A stretch of 63,913 nt of DNA, filler included. It is 6 parts of 6 records of this genome, joined end to end, with 100 filler letters (N's around TTAATTAATTAA, not from the genome) between each part and the next. Parts side by side here need not be neighbours in the genome. Positions count along the whole stretch, not along the records: positions 1 to 5,390 come from SRR20825010_6336; positions 5,491 to 9,383 come from SRR20825010_6337; positions 9,484 to 19,491 come from SRR20825010_6338; 3 more parts are not named here. One strand, given 5' to 3'. Shown here piece after piece: positions 1 to 10,252 of this stretch; within the stretch, counting starts at the first letter, position 1; the number at the start of each line of letters is the position of its first letter. The notes below the pieces were generated by a model. That model had not been told where the DNA came from and searched no databases. It saw nothing but the letters and a program-made list of their open reading frames with translations. Position numbers and translations under genes: made by a program.

Positions 1-218
1 TTGTCAGTATGTCCGGGAAAAAGTTTGTGATGTCAGACGCAAACGGCGACGAACATTCTCATACACTGATGACGAATGCCAAAGTCACCTGCGACGGAAA
101 ACCCTGCAAAATGGGTGCTCTGAAAGCGGGCATGAAAATCCGTGTTACGACAAAGCAGAATAATCAGAATAATGTGATTCAGATTGAAGCCCTTGATCAG
201 AATGCGGAATTCGTATAA
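1..218 (+). CDS. Hypothetical protein, 5'-truncated
   Basis: Frame is open from the window edge (..VSMSGKKFVMSDANG..CDGKPC..) to TAA at 216-218; no family recognised. Confidence 0.6.
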   Translation, partial: VSMSGKKFVMSDANGDEHSHTLMTNAKVTCDGKPCKMGALKAGMKIRVTTKQNNQNNVIQIEALDQNAEFV

Positions 219-264
219 GCAACCGGTGAAGTCATACCTGGCTTCTGATGGTTAACGAAAGTGT

Positions 265-293
265 CCGGGTGTCCGTCATTGACTGGCACCCGG
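265..293 (+). terminator. Imperfect GC-rich hairpin, possible terminator
   Basis: CCGGGTG (265-271) pairs with CACCCGG (287-293) downstream of the first ORF; no strong U-tract. Confidence 0.3.
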
Positions 294-372
294 CTCTCAA
301 TTGTAAAGACGATCATTTTACACTTCAGTTAAAAAAACCTGCTTTTGAATTTTTTTAAAAAGGAGCACGACA

Positions 373-528
373 ATGCTGGGAACGATTTTAATTATCATTT
401 TGATCCTGATGTTACTGGGTGTGATGCCTACATGGGGGCACAGTCGCAACTGGGGTTATGGACCAAGTGGTGGGTTGGGACTGATCTTAATCATTATTGT
501 AATTCTGGTGCTTGTGGGACGCCTCTAA
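373..528 (+). CDS. DUF3309-family small membrane protein (51 aa; absent from the ORF track)
   Basis: Manual translation MLGTILIIILILMLLGVMPTWGHSRNWGYGPSGGLGLILIIIVILVLVGRL; PTWxHSRxWGYGPSGGLG is the DUF3309 signature; AGGAG RBS at 361-365. Confidence 0.9.
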   Translation: MLGTILIIILILMLLGVMPTWGHSRNWGYGPSGGLGLILIIIVILVLVGRL

Positions 529-687
529 GCGAGGCAATAAATGCCTGATGGATTTAGTATAATTGCCTCAAGAGTCAATCGTATACACGAGACCCGAAAC
601 ATCCAGCTGCAATCTCAGCTATTATTTTGCAGCAAATGGCAGCACGAAATCTGATTCGCCCAATGCAGCGAGTATCACATGGGGAAT

Positions 688-1038
688 TTAATTGACCACC
701 AGTTCATTGACAATCTTCGTCACACCCGGCACCGAAATCACCGTTTGTTGGGCAAGCTGTTTCGCATAATAGGTTCTGACAGTTCCGTGAAGACTCACAC
801 AGCTCCCTTCAAGAGCAATGGTCACTTCGCGTAGACTTCTGCAGTTCCTGGTCGCCAGAGCATGCACGATCCTCTCTATCAGTTCGCTGGACTGAACCAG
901 TTCAGTAGAGCAGGCTGGCTCAGATTTGACGGAAGAACCGTCCTCGAAACCGAAGCCAGGAATCAAACTGATACGATGATCAGACAATCGTGTTTTTGCA
1001 CCAGTCTCGGCTCCAATCCTTTGGCTTTTACGTAACAT
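688..1038 (-). CDS. BON domain protein
   Basis: C-terminal VSLHGTVRTYYAKQLAQQTVISVPGVTKIVNELVV is BON-like; ATG at 1038 is preceded by a GAGGGAG RBS. Confidence 0.8.
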   Translation of the reverse strand: MLRKSQRIGAETGAKTRLSDHRISLIPGFGFEDGSSVKSEPACSTELVQSSELIERIVHALATRNCRSLREVTIALEGSCVSLHGTVRTYYAKQLAQQTVISVPGVTKIVNELVVN

Positions 1039-1395
1039 TTTATACTCCCTCATTTTATTTCGACTATTTGGAACAATTGAACTGGTGGCGTATCCTGCTC
1101 GCGGAGCAAAAAAATAGACGAGAGCCGTTAGAACCGGGGCATCCACACCAGCCACTCAGGGAAGATTCGGTGTTGAGAAGAGGACTCCCGCAAACAGCCC
1201 TCATACCACTGGGTTTTCATTCAACTGAAAAATGCCCCCATCGCTATGCGTGAATCATGACAAACTACCGACAAAGATTAAATCAAGCAAAGAACCATTT
1301 TTTACATGGGGAAATCCACCATATATGTGCTTCGCTAACCTCTCACATTGCTACTTTGTCAGGTGCATGATAAAATCTGCCATTTGGCCTTCAAA

Positions 1396-1426
1396 CGGTA
1401 CGGTCAGCCGTAATGCGGTACGGTCA
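1396..1426 (+). repeat. 11-bp direct repeat CGGTACGGTCA x2, 20-bp period
   Basis: Copies at 1396-1406 and 1416-1426, just upstream of the cheBR start. Confidence 0.6.
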
Positions 1427-1448
1427 AATGGCATCTGGGATGGAATTA

Positions 1449-4419
1449 ATGCCCAAACACAAAGCCAAGAATCAAAAGACAGCAGAAAATAAGAAAATTG
1501 CTGAAACAATCAGCCAGCAAAACCAGACGGACATTGCAGAAACCGATACCGGACCGGACTTATCTGAGATTCCCATTGTCGGTATTGGCGCATCAGCGGG
1601 AGGCTTAGAAGCGCTGGACGAACTGCTGCAGCATATGCCAGTCAATACGGGACTGGCATTTGTCATTGTGACACATCAACATCCCAGCCACACGAGTTTA
1701 CTGGCAGAACTTTTGCGTCGACAGACTTCCATGCCTGTTGTGGAAGTGACAGATGGAACAAAGGTCAAAGCGAATCATGTTTATGTGGCAACACCAGGCG
1801 GTCTGCTCGCGATCTTGAATGGCACATTACACCGAATGGATACTGGTAATCTGGAATCTCCCCGTCTGCCGATCGACTATTTCTTTCGTTCGCTTGCGGA
1901 AGACCAGAAAGAGCGTGCCATCTGTATCATCCTGTCAGGAACGGGAACGGATGGGACTTTAGGGCTCAGGGCGATAAAGGAAGCCTCCGGGATGGCCATG
2001 GTCGAAGAGCCGAAAACGGCCAAGTACGCGGGCATGCCCGCCAGTGCCATCTCCACAGGACTGGTAGACTTTGTATTGTCCCCTGCAGACATGCCTGGAC
2101 AACTGGTTGCTTATTCAACGGGACCTTTCCTGACCAGAAAGAATCTTACATTACCCGTGCCTCATGTGCCTGCAGAACCTCTGCAGAATTTTCCTTCTCT
2201 TACGAAACCGGACGGGGCATGATTTTTCATCTTATAAAATCAATACGCTTCACCGTCGAATCGAAAGGCGAATGAATATCCATCAGATCGAAATACCTGA
2301 TGACTACGTTCGCTTCCTGCAGGAAAATCCCCATGAAATTGATATTCTATTTAGAGAACTCCTGATTAGCGTGACACAATTTTTCCGCGATGAAGAAGCA
2401 TGGATTGAACTGGGAGAACATTTGCAGAAGCTGGTGTCATCGACCCCGGAAAACTCGGTCATTCGGGCCTGGATCCCCGGCTGTGCGACCGGTGAGGAAG
2501 CATTCAGTCTGGCCATCGTTTTGCGTGAGTGTATCAGGCAAAACGAGCAGCACATCAATGTTCAGATTTTTGGAACCGACCTCGATGCAGTAGCAATCGA
2601 GACGGCCCGCCTCGGACAATATGCCGATGGAATTGCAGCAGATATTTCTCCCGAACGTCTGGAACGTTACTTTACGTATCATGAAGATTTGTATCAAATC
2701 CGTAAAGAAATACGCGAGATGATCATCTTCGCACCGCAGAATATGATCACCGATCCTCCTTTTACGAAACTCGATATTCTTTCCTGCCGCAATCTGCTGA
2801 TCTATCTGAATACTGATTTGCAGAAGAAGATCTTACCGATTTTTCATTATGCACTCAAACCTGGTGGCATCTTGTTTCTAGGCCCTTCCGAAACAATCGG
2901 TTCATTTACCGATCTGTTTGAACCACTGAGCAAACGCTGGAAAATATTTCGTCGCAAAGAAACTGTCGGCGGGAACAGCTCGCTGCCGGAAGCTCTGAAT
3001 CGCTCCTCTATGGATGAGCGCACAGTAACGCCTCTGATGGCCCCTGCACTTCCCGCGATGGAAACACGGATTTCCGTTGCCATCGAACGATTACTCCTGG
3101 GGCGCTTTGCGCCGGCCAGTGTTGTCGTAAACGATCTGGGAAACATCGTCTTTATCCATGGGCGAACCGGAATGTATCTGGAACCATCAGAAGGAGAACC
3201 GCGTCACAATCTACTGGAGATGGCCCGTGAGGGACTGAAAACCAGTTTGTCCGCAGCATTGCGTAAATGTATCAGCACGGGGACAGACGTTATCGAGGAA
3301 GGAGTTCGCGTCAATTCAAATGATGCATTTATTCTTGTCGACTTTTCTGTTTCCAAACTGCATGATTCGGCAACCTTGCAGGGCCTGTTCCTGGTCAGCT
3401 TTCAGCCTGCTTCGGTTGTTTCACCTGATATTTCGAAAAAGAAAAAGACCAGACGCAAAGGTACAAAAAAGGAGATGTCTATCGAACATCTGGAACATGA
3501 ACTTCAATTCATGAGGGAATCACATCAGAGGACACAGAATGAACTGCAGACTTCAAATGAGGAACTCAAGTCAACCAACGAAGAATTGCAGTCCATCAAC
3601 GAGGAACTGCAAAGCGCAAATGAAGAGTTAGAGACGTCAAAGGAAGAAATGCAGTCGTTGAACGAAGAATTGACAACAGTCAACTCAGAACTGCAATCCA
3701 AACTGGACGAACTGTCTCACGCGAATGATGACATGCAGAATCTGCTCAACAGTACCGACGTGGCGACAGTCTTTCTGGACAAGGATTTAAACATCAGGCG
3801 GTATACCGAACAGGCAAAAGAACTCGTGATGTTGAGAGAGAATGACATTGGTAGACCAATCTCTGAACTCGCCTCAAATATTGAACATGATGATTTAGTC
3901 GAGAAATGCCGCGACGTACTGCGGACTTTGAAATATTTTGAATGTGAAGTGCGTACAAAAAACGGTGGCTGGTATCAGATGCGAATCACACCTTATCGCA
4001 CGACTGAAAACCTGATTGACGGCCTGGTAATCACGTTCGTCAACATTCGCAGTTCTGGTGAATTACGTGCTTTTTTTGAAAGTATCGTCGAAACAGTACG
4101 CCACCCACTGATCGTACTCAATGAAAACAGGAAGATCATATCAGCCAATCATTGTTTCTTTGAAACCTTCAAACTTAGTGAATCTGATGTGATCAACTCT
4201 TCCCTGTCTGAGATCGGAAATGGTGAATGGAACAATCCGGAACTACAGTCTTCCCTGGACAGGATTTTTACAGAGAATACGTCTTTTGAAAACTTCAGGC
4301 TTGAGCAGGGTTTTACAGGAGCTGGGCATAAAGTCCTGCTGTTGAACGCACGACGCCTGAATCGTGAACAGGGAATGCCAGACATGGTTCTACTGGCGAT
4401 GGAAGCTTTATCTCAATAA
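1449..4419 (+). pseudogene. CheB methylesterase-CheR methyltransferase-coiled coil-PAS fusion, split by a frameshift at about 2187
   Basis: ORF 1413-2222 has CheB motifs (GIGASAGG, H, GTGTDG). ORF 2164-4419 has CheR motifs (PGCATGEEAFS, FGTDLD, LSCRNLLIY), NEEL repeats and PAS. The junction CTG CAG A ATT TTC is out of frame; a sequencing error is possible. Confidence 0.85.
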
Positions 4420-4446
4420 GTGAATCGGTACAGCAAGGTATGATGC

Positions 4447-5390
4447 ATGGCCAGAAAAAAAACGACGCGTCACACATTCGCAAACAGTTCACTCCGTGAA
4501 CGGGCAGAGACCCTGCTCCGCACAGAGCCGGAACAGCAGCCCAGCTTGTCGACAGTTGAGGTACAGAAGCTGATCCATGAACTCAATGTGCATCAGATCG
4601 AACTGGAAGTTCAAAACGAAGAGCTTCGTCAGGCGCAGATCGAATTGTCTCAGGCACGCGACCGCTTTTCCGATCTCTACGATTTTGCTCCCGTGGGCTA
4701 TATCACTCTTGATAAGCAGGGACGAATTCTCGGAGCTAACCTGGCAGCCGCACATCTGCTGGGCTTTGAAAGGAAACTACTCATTGGCAAAAACCTTTCT
4801 GAGTTTGTAAACCGCAGCGCACAAGACGAATTTTATCTGTATCGGCAGGCTGTTTTTTCCAGCAAAGACAAGCAGGTATGTGAACTGTTAATGCATAATC
4901 AGGGTGGGAGAAACCTGAATATTTATTTGGAAAGCATCGTATTTGAAGAAGACGGGGAACAGCGCAGCCGGACAACACTGATTGATGTCTCAATGCAGAA
5001 AGCCGCCATGAGTGCACTGCGAAATTTGAATATCTATCTGGGAGAATCCCTGGATGACCGATCTTCTAAACTTCAACATAGCATTGATCAGGTAAAACTC
5101 CTGACCCAGGCAGTCGCTAACCTTGATGAAGGCGTAATGATCACAGATGGTAACTTCCATTCGTCTAATGGTCCTCGTATCGTGTTTGTCAATGCGGCGA
5201 TGTGTCGCATCTCGGGCTATACTGCTTATGACCTGATAGGTCATTCACCACAAATGCTGCAAGGTCCTGAGACAGATCCCCAAACCCTTGATTATCTGAA
5301 AACCGAAATTTCAGACGGTCGTTCTTGCCGGGTCGAATTAATCAACTACCGCAAGAACAAGACACCTTACGAAATTGAACAGTTTGTGAC
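4447..5390 (+). CDS. PAS-domain sensor protein (probably a histidine kinase), 3'-truncated
   Basis: HELNVHQIELEVQNEELR coiled coil, DLYDFAPVGY PAS, second PAS (IVFVNAAMCRISGY..LQGPETD); runs into the linker. Confidence 0.85.
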
Positions 5391-5490
5391 NNNNNNNNNN
5401 NNNNNNNNNNNNNNNNNNNNNNNNNNNNNNNNNNTTAATTAATTAANNNNNNNNNNNNNNNNNNNNNNNNNNNNNNNNNNNNNNNNNNNN
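5391..5490. other. Artificial contig linker
   Basis: N44-TTAATTAATTAA-N44, which gives stops in all six frames. Confidence 0.99.
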
Positions 5491-6145
5491 CGGCCCGTCG
5501 GGCTGCGGCAAGACCACCTTGTTCAACGCCATTGCCGGGCTGATCCCCTTGCAGGGCGGGCACGTCACAGTGGGCGAGACGCAGGTTTCAAAGGCCACCG
5601 GCCATGTCGGTTACATGCTGCAAAAAGACCTGCTGCTGCCTTGGCGCAGCGTGATCGACAACATCACCCTTGGGCTGGAAATCCGCGGCGTCCCCAAAAT
5701 CCGCGCGCGTGAACGGGCACAAGAACTGATCGACCGCTACGGGCTGACGGGTTTTGAGCGGTCCAAACCCTCGGGCCTGTCCGGCGGAATGCGCCAGCGC
5801 GCCGCCCTGATGCGGACACTGGCCTTTAATCCCGATGTCATCCTGTTGGACGAACCTTTTTCCGCTCTGGACTTTCAGACCCGCATCCTGCTGCAGGCGG
5901 ATGTCAAACGCATCATTCGCGACGAAGGGCGCAGCGTGATCCTGATCACCCATGACATTGGCGAGGCGATCTCTATGGCCAACCGGATCGTCGTCCTGAC
6001 AAACCGCCCTGCCACCGTCAAAACAATCCATGAAACCCCTTGGGGCAATGAGGATGTTGACCCGGTCACGGTGCGTGACAGGCCGGAATACCAACAGCTC
6101 TTTTCGACCATCTGGCAAGAGTTGGAACTGACACCCCGGCAATAG
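5491..6145 (+). CDS. ABC transporter ATP-binding protein (TauB/SsuB/NrtD type), 5'-truncated
   Basis: GPSGCGKTT Walker A from 5492, QKDLLLPWR, LSGGMRQR, LLDEPFSALD. Confidence 0.92.
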
Positions 6146-6388
6146 CCCCCTGCCCGACCGCCGGTTCAGGGTCTGACGATACCCACCAGATCCCTGTCCG
6201 GCACCATACTATCGGCTGGCAGTGCCGCCACCTGGACTGTTGCATTATCGGTCCTTTTGACGAATCTCAGGTTCTTGAGGTGGATCATGCCCCGCATTTC
6301 GCCGCTCAAACATCTTCCTGTGCACCGCGCCCTGCAACCTGCAACAGCCCCCAGTACCATACATCCGCAATAGACATGGTTTGTAAGG

Positions 6389-6421
6389 GTTACTTGCCTG
6401 ATCAGAGATCAGGCAAGTAAC
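6389..6421. repeat. Perfect 15-bp inverted repeat spanning the ectC stop codon
   Basis: GTTACTTGCCTGATC-AGA-GATCAGGCAAGTAAC. Confidence 0.9.
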
Positions 6422-6785
6422 TGCGATCCTCATCGTGCGTTTCGCGCCCGCTAAGGGGCGGATCAAAAGTGCAAATCAGTTTCATTTCGGTGAAGGACGC
6501 AAAGCGATGGCGATCGTTGTCATTCAGCGCATAGAAAGAGCCGGGTTTGATCGGATGTATCTCTCCGGTTTCAAAATTCTCGATCTCGCCCTCGCCGGAG
6601 ATGACATAGACCGCTTCGATGTGATGCTTGTACCAAAGGATATGGTCGACCCCGGCATCGATTGTCGTTTCGGTCATGGTAAAGCCGAGCTTATCGCTCT
6701 TCAGACCGAAACGGAGAGAGCGCCAGCCGGGGCCGGAGGCGTCGGCATCGGTGCCTTTGATGTTGTCAACGTGCGATACGATCAT
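6402..6785 (-). CDS. ectC: L-ectoine synthase family cupin (solitary EctC)
   Basis: WRSLR, GFTMTETTI, WYKHHIEAVY, YALNDNDRH, FDPPLSGRETHD match EctC, including the Glu/Tyr/His metal-ligand positions. Confidence 0.9.
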   Translation of the reverse strand: MIVSHVDNIKGTDADASGPGWRSLRFGLKSDKLGFTMTETTIDAGVDHILWYKHHIEAVYVISGEGEIENFETGEIHPIKPGSFYALNDNDRHRFASFTEMKLICTFDPPLSGRETHDEDRSYLPDL

Positions 6786-6813
6786 CTGATTTCTCTTTCT
6801 TGACCTTATTCGT

Positions 6814-7557
6814 TTAATCTTGTTGCGCCGTCACCGGATGACGGCCGAGGAAAATCTCGCCAAGTTCGTCAAGTGTCACTGCCTCGGTTGGGCGGTCCAG
6901 CACCTTGCTTCCTTCGGCGAGGACAATAACGCGATCAGCGATGCGCAGGGCATGGGTGACATTCTGTTCGACCAGCAGCACCGGAATGCCCATCCGTTCT
7001 CGCAGGTCAGTGATACAGGCGAAGACCTCTTCGACCAGTTTGGGCGATAGATCGCTGCTCGGTTCATCCATCAGGAGAATGCGGGGCTTGATCATCAGAG
7101 TCTGCGCAATGGAGAGCATTCGGCGCTCGCCGCCGCTAAGGAGACGGGCGGCTTTGCGCAGATGTGGCTTTAACTGGGGAAACAACTCCAGCGCCTGTTC
7201 GCGCAGTGCCGGCGTTTCCTGCGGATGCAGGAACGCCCCCATGCGCAGGTTGTCATCAACCGAAAGATCACCGAACACGTTGTCGACCTGTGGAACATAG
7301 CCAAGGCCAAGCGACACGCGGCGATGGACAGGCATTTTCGTGATGTCCTCATCCCCAAGGCGAATGGTCCCGCCGGTGACGCTGGCAAGTCCCATCAAGG
7401 CCTTCAGGCAGGTTGATTTGCCGCTGCCGTTGGCGCCAAGGATGGTCAGTATTCCGCCCGGGTCGGTCGCAAAAGAGAGCCGACTGAGGATCGCGACCTT
7501 ACCGTACCCCGCATCGACATCGGTTAGGGAGAGGCTGGTGGTGTGCCGACTGGTCAT
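6814..7557 (-). CDS. Liv-type ABC transporter ATPase (LivF-like)
   Basis: GANGSGKST, LSGGERRM, LMDEPS, LLVEQN; ATGA overlap with the upstream gene. Confidence 0.9.
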   Translation of the reverse strand: MTSRHTTSLSLTDVDAGYGKVAILSRLSFATDPGGILTILGANGSGKSTCLKALMGLASVTGGTIRLGDEDITKMPVHRRVSLGLGYVPQVDNVFGDLSVDDNLRMGAFLHPQETPALREQALELFPQLKPHLRKAARLLSGGERRMLSIAQTLMIKPRILLMDEPSSDLSPKLVEEVFACITDLRERMGIPVLLVEQNVTHALRIADRVIVLAEGSKVLDRPTEAVTLDELGEIFLGRHPVTAQQD

Positions 7558-8348
7558 TGGTGGGCCTCCTGACTCTTGGCAGGTGCCTGTTCGGGCTGCA
7601 TGCTGAGATAGGACGCAATAACACGACGATCGCGCTGCACCGTTTCGGGATCGCCATGAGCGATCTTTATTCCTGAATCCAGCACACAAACGCTGTCGCA
7701 TAGCCGCGAGATCATGCCCATGTTGTGTTCTACCAGCAGGATCGCCCGCCCCTCATCGCGCAGCGATTGCAAGAGAAGGATCTGCTCTTCGATCAAAGCG
7801 GGATTGACCCCGGCGGCGGGCTCATCAAGAAGCAAAACCTTGCAATCGCTCATCAACAGCATCCCCATGGTCAACAGCTTTTGCTGCCCACCAGACAATT
7901 CGCCGGCGAGGGTGTTCAGTTTTGCCCCAAGGCCGATGCGCTTGAGGATGGTATGGGCGCGTTTTTCGATAGCGCGTTCGGCATCCGCGACGCGGCGGGG
8001 CCGGAAGAACAGGCTGAACAGCTGTTCGCCGGGTTGGTCGCGCGCACCCGCCAGCAGGTTCTGAAATACCGTGAGCCGGCGGGCGAGACGCGGAATCTGA
8101 AACGTCCGGCCAAGGCCAGCCCTGGCGGTATCGCCTGGGCGGCCCGGGTGCAGCAGTTTGTCTTTGATGTGGATGCTGCCGCGGTCAGGTACCAGCACCC
8201 CGGTAGCTGCGTTCATTACTGTAGATTTACCAGACCCGTTGGGGCCTACGAGGCCGGTGATTTGGCCAGCAGGGACATCCAGCGAAACATCATCGACGGC
8301 GGTTTGTCCGCCAAAGCGGACGGTGAGGTTCTTAATCTTCAGCGACAT
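7554..8348 (-). CDS. Liv-type ABC transporter ATPase (LivG-like)
   Basis: GPNGSGKST, RTFQ, LSGGQQK, LLDEPAAG, LVEHNM. Confidence 0.9.
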   Translation of the reverse strand: MSLKIKNLTVRFGGQTAVDDVSLDVPAGQITGLVGPNGSGKSTVMNAATGVLVPDRGSIHIKDKLLHPGRPGDTARAGLGRTFQIPRLARRLTVFQNLLAGARDQPGEQLFSLFFRPRRVADAERAIEKRAHTILKRIGLGAKLNTLAGELSGGQQKLLTMGMLLMSDCKVLLLDEPAAGVNPALIEEQILLLQSLRDEGRAILLVEHNMGMISRLCDSVCVLDSGIKIAHGDPETVQRDRRVIASYLSMQPEQAPAKSQEAHQ

Positions 8349-9204
8349 GGCGCGCCCTCCGTTCCGCAAAAATACCGGCAGGGCGGTAGACGATCATCAA
8401 CACCAGCACCAACCCGACAAGCGCCAGACGTAGGTTGGCGACAACGTCTGATGGAAGATCTGTCCATTGGGCGATGAACCGCGTCGAGGTGGTAAGCGCC
8501 TGAACAAAGAACGCGCCCGCGATGACGCCGATGGTGCGTCCGGCACCGCCAAGGATCATTGCGGTCCAGATTACAAACGTCTCGATCACCATGAAGGACG
8601 ATTCATGCACATAGCCGGTGACATGTGCATAGAGGTTGCCTGCCAGACCCGCGAGCACCCAAGAGAGCATCACGATACTGCGTTGATAGCGGAATGGATC
8701 ACGCCCGAGGGTGGAAGCGAGGATTTCATCCTCCCGGATGACATTCAGCATGCGTCCAAGCGGAGATCTTATGACACGTTCCGAGATGACATAGGCGACC
8801 GCGAGCAGGGCCAGTGTCAGGCTGAACGAGATGCTCCAGCCCGGCATCCGTGTGACCGAGAGGCCGTAGACTCCGCCGCCGAGGGCAGGAACATTCATCA
8901 TCAGCAGGCGGAAAATTTCAGCGAGGCCAAGGGTGATTAGCGCCCAGTAATCCTGTGCCATGCGGCGCGCGGGCCAAACCACCAGAGCGCCAAACACAGG
9001 GGCAGCGATCAGGCTGATCAAGACCCCCGCCGGAATGCCCAATTCGTGGCGGGTCGCGATTCCGGCACCATACGCGCCGATTGCGAAAGGTAGGACCTGA
9101 CCAAAGTTCACGAGGCCGGTGATCCCGAATTGCAGGTTGAGACTTATGGCCAAGACGGCCCAAATGCCCGCGATGGTGCCCATATAGATCAGGAATTCGA
9201 TCAT
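8332..9204 (-). CDS. Liv-type ABC permease (LivM-like)
   Basis: SLNLQFGITGLVNFGQ, SPLGRMLNVIREDE, MILGG; polytopic. Confidence 0.88.
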   Translation of the reverse strand: MIEFLIYMGTIAGIWAVLAISLNLQFGITGLVNFGQVLPFAIGAYGAGIATRHELGIPAGVLISLIAAPVFGALVVWPARRMAQDYWALITLGLAEIFRLLMMNVPALGGGVYGLSVTRMPGWSISFSLTLALLAVAYVISERVIRSPLGRMLNVIREDEILASTLGRDPFRYQRSIVMLSWVLAGLAGNLYAHVTGYVHESSFMVIETFVIWTAMILGGAGRTIGVIAGAFFVQALTTSTRFIAQWTDLPSDVVANLRLALVGLVLVLMIVYRPAGIFAERRARHVAED

Positions 9205-9383
9205 GCTGTCGCCTTTCCCCAGCGGGCCAATCGACCCTGAAGGTTTGCCATGAGGACGATGACCAATGCTGTGACCGCGACCAGATCCTTGAACTGTGCA
9301 GGCAGATACCAAGGGTTGCCGCCCAAGAGAGAGCCAAAGTCGATGGCGATGAGCACGTTTTGGGTGAAGGACAACAAGAAGGC
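9201..9383 (-). CDS. ABC permease C-terminus (LivH-like), 5'-truncated
   Basis: Manual translation AFLLSFTQNVLIAIDF..FKDLVAVTALVIVLM..ATA*; ATGA overlap with the LivM-like gene. Confidence 0.7.
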   Translation of the reverse strand, partial: AFLLSFTQNVLIAIDFGSLLGGNPWYLPAQFKDLVAVTALVIVLMANLQGRLARWGKATA

Positions 9384-9483
9384 NNNNNNNNNNNNNNNNN
9401 NNNNNNNNNNNNNNNNNNNNNNNNNNNTTAATTAATTAANNNNNNNNNNNNNNNNNNNNNNNNNNNNNNNNNNNNNNNNNNNN
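9384..9483. other. Artificial contig linker
   Basis: N44-TTAATTAATTAA-N44. Confidence 0.99.
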
Positions 9484-10171
9484 CGCAGCCTTCCGGCGAG
9501 ATCACGGAATAGACCGCATGCTCAAGCATCAGCACCCGGTTGGCCGCAGCCAGGGCGACAGCCCCGCCGGAACCGCCTTCACCGACGATGGAGGCGATGA
9601 TCGGAACCTGGAGCGACAGGCAGGCGTCGATGGAACGGGCAATGGCCTCTGCCTGGCCGCGTTCCTCGGCGCCGACGCCGGGATAGGCACCGGCAGTGTC
9701 GACGAAGGTCAGCACCGGCAGCTTGAACCGGTCGGCCATTTCCATCAGCCGGCGCGCCTTGCGGTAGCCTTCCGGCTTCGCCATGCCGAAATTATGCGCG
9801 ATCCGCTCTTCCGTCGTGCCGCCCTTCTCGTTGCCGATGATAACGGCGGAGAAGCCACGGAAACGGCCGATGCCGCCAATGATCGCCTTGTCTTCGCCGA
9901 AGGAGCGGTCCCCGGCGAGCGGCGTGAAATCTTCCACCAGATGGCTCAGGACCTGCCTGAAATGCGGGCGGTCCGGGTGCCGGGCGACCTGGACTTTCTG
10001 CCAGGGCGTCAGCTTCTGATAGGACTGCCGCAGCTGGCGGTCGACCTTGGCCTGCAGCTTGCCGACCTCATCGGCGATATTGATATCGCCCTCGGAGGTG
10101 AGGTGGCGCAGTTCCTCGATCTTGCCTTCAAGATCGGCGATCGGCTTTTCAAAATCCAGAAAGACGCGCAT
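9484..10171 (-). CDS. accA: Acetyl-CoA carboxylase carboxyltransferase alpha subunit, 3'-truncated
   Basis: [40 protein letters not shown]. Confidence 0.97.
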
Positions 10172-10252
10172 ATCCGTCGAATCACTATGTTGGGAAGCGC
10201 GGACCATACTCGTCCGGGCCACGGGTTACAATGTCTGGATTGCCCCGGCGGG

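Noticed and set aside
345..548. 67-aa track ORF
   Set aside because: It overlaps the clear DUF3309 gene (373-528) in another frame, which has the RBS and family motif
5435..5446. Recurrent TTAATTAATTAA palindrome as a biological repeat
   Set aside because: It is always centred in N-runs of identical length, so it is an assembly linker
6146..6388. Short ORFs between the ABC ATPase and ectC
   Set aside because: No recognisable motif or RBS; I cannot support them as genes
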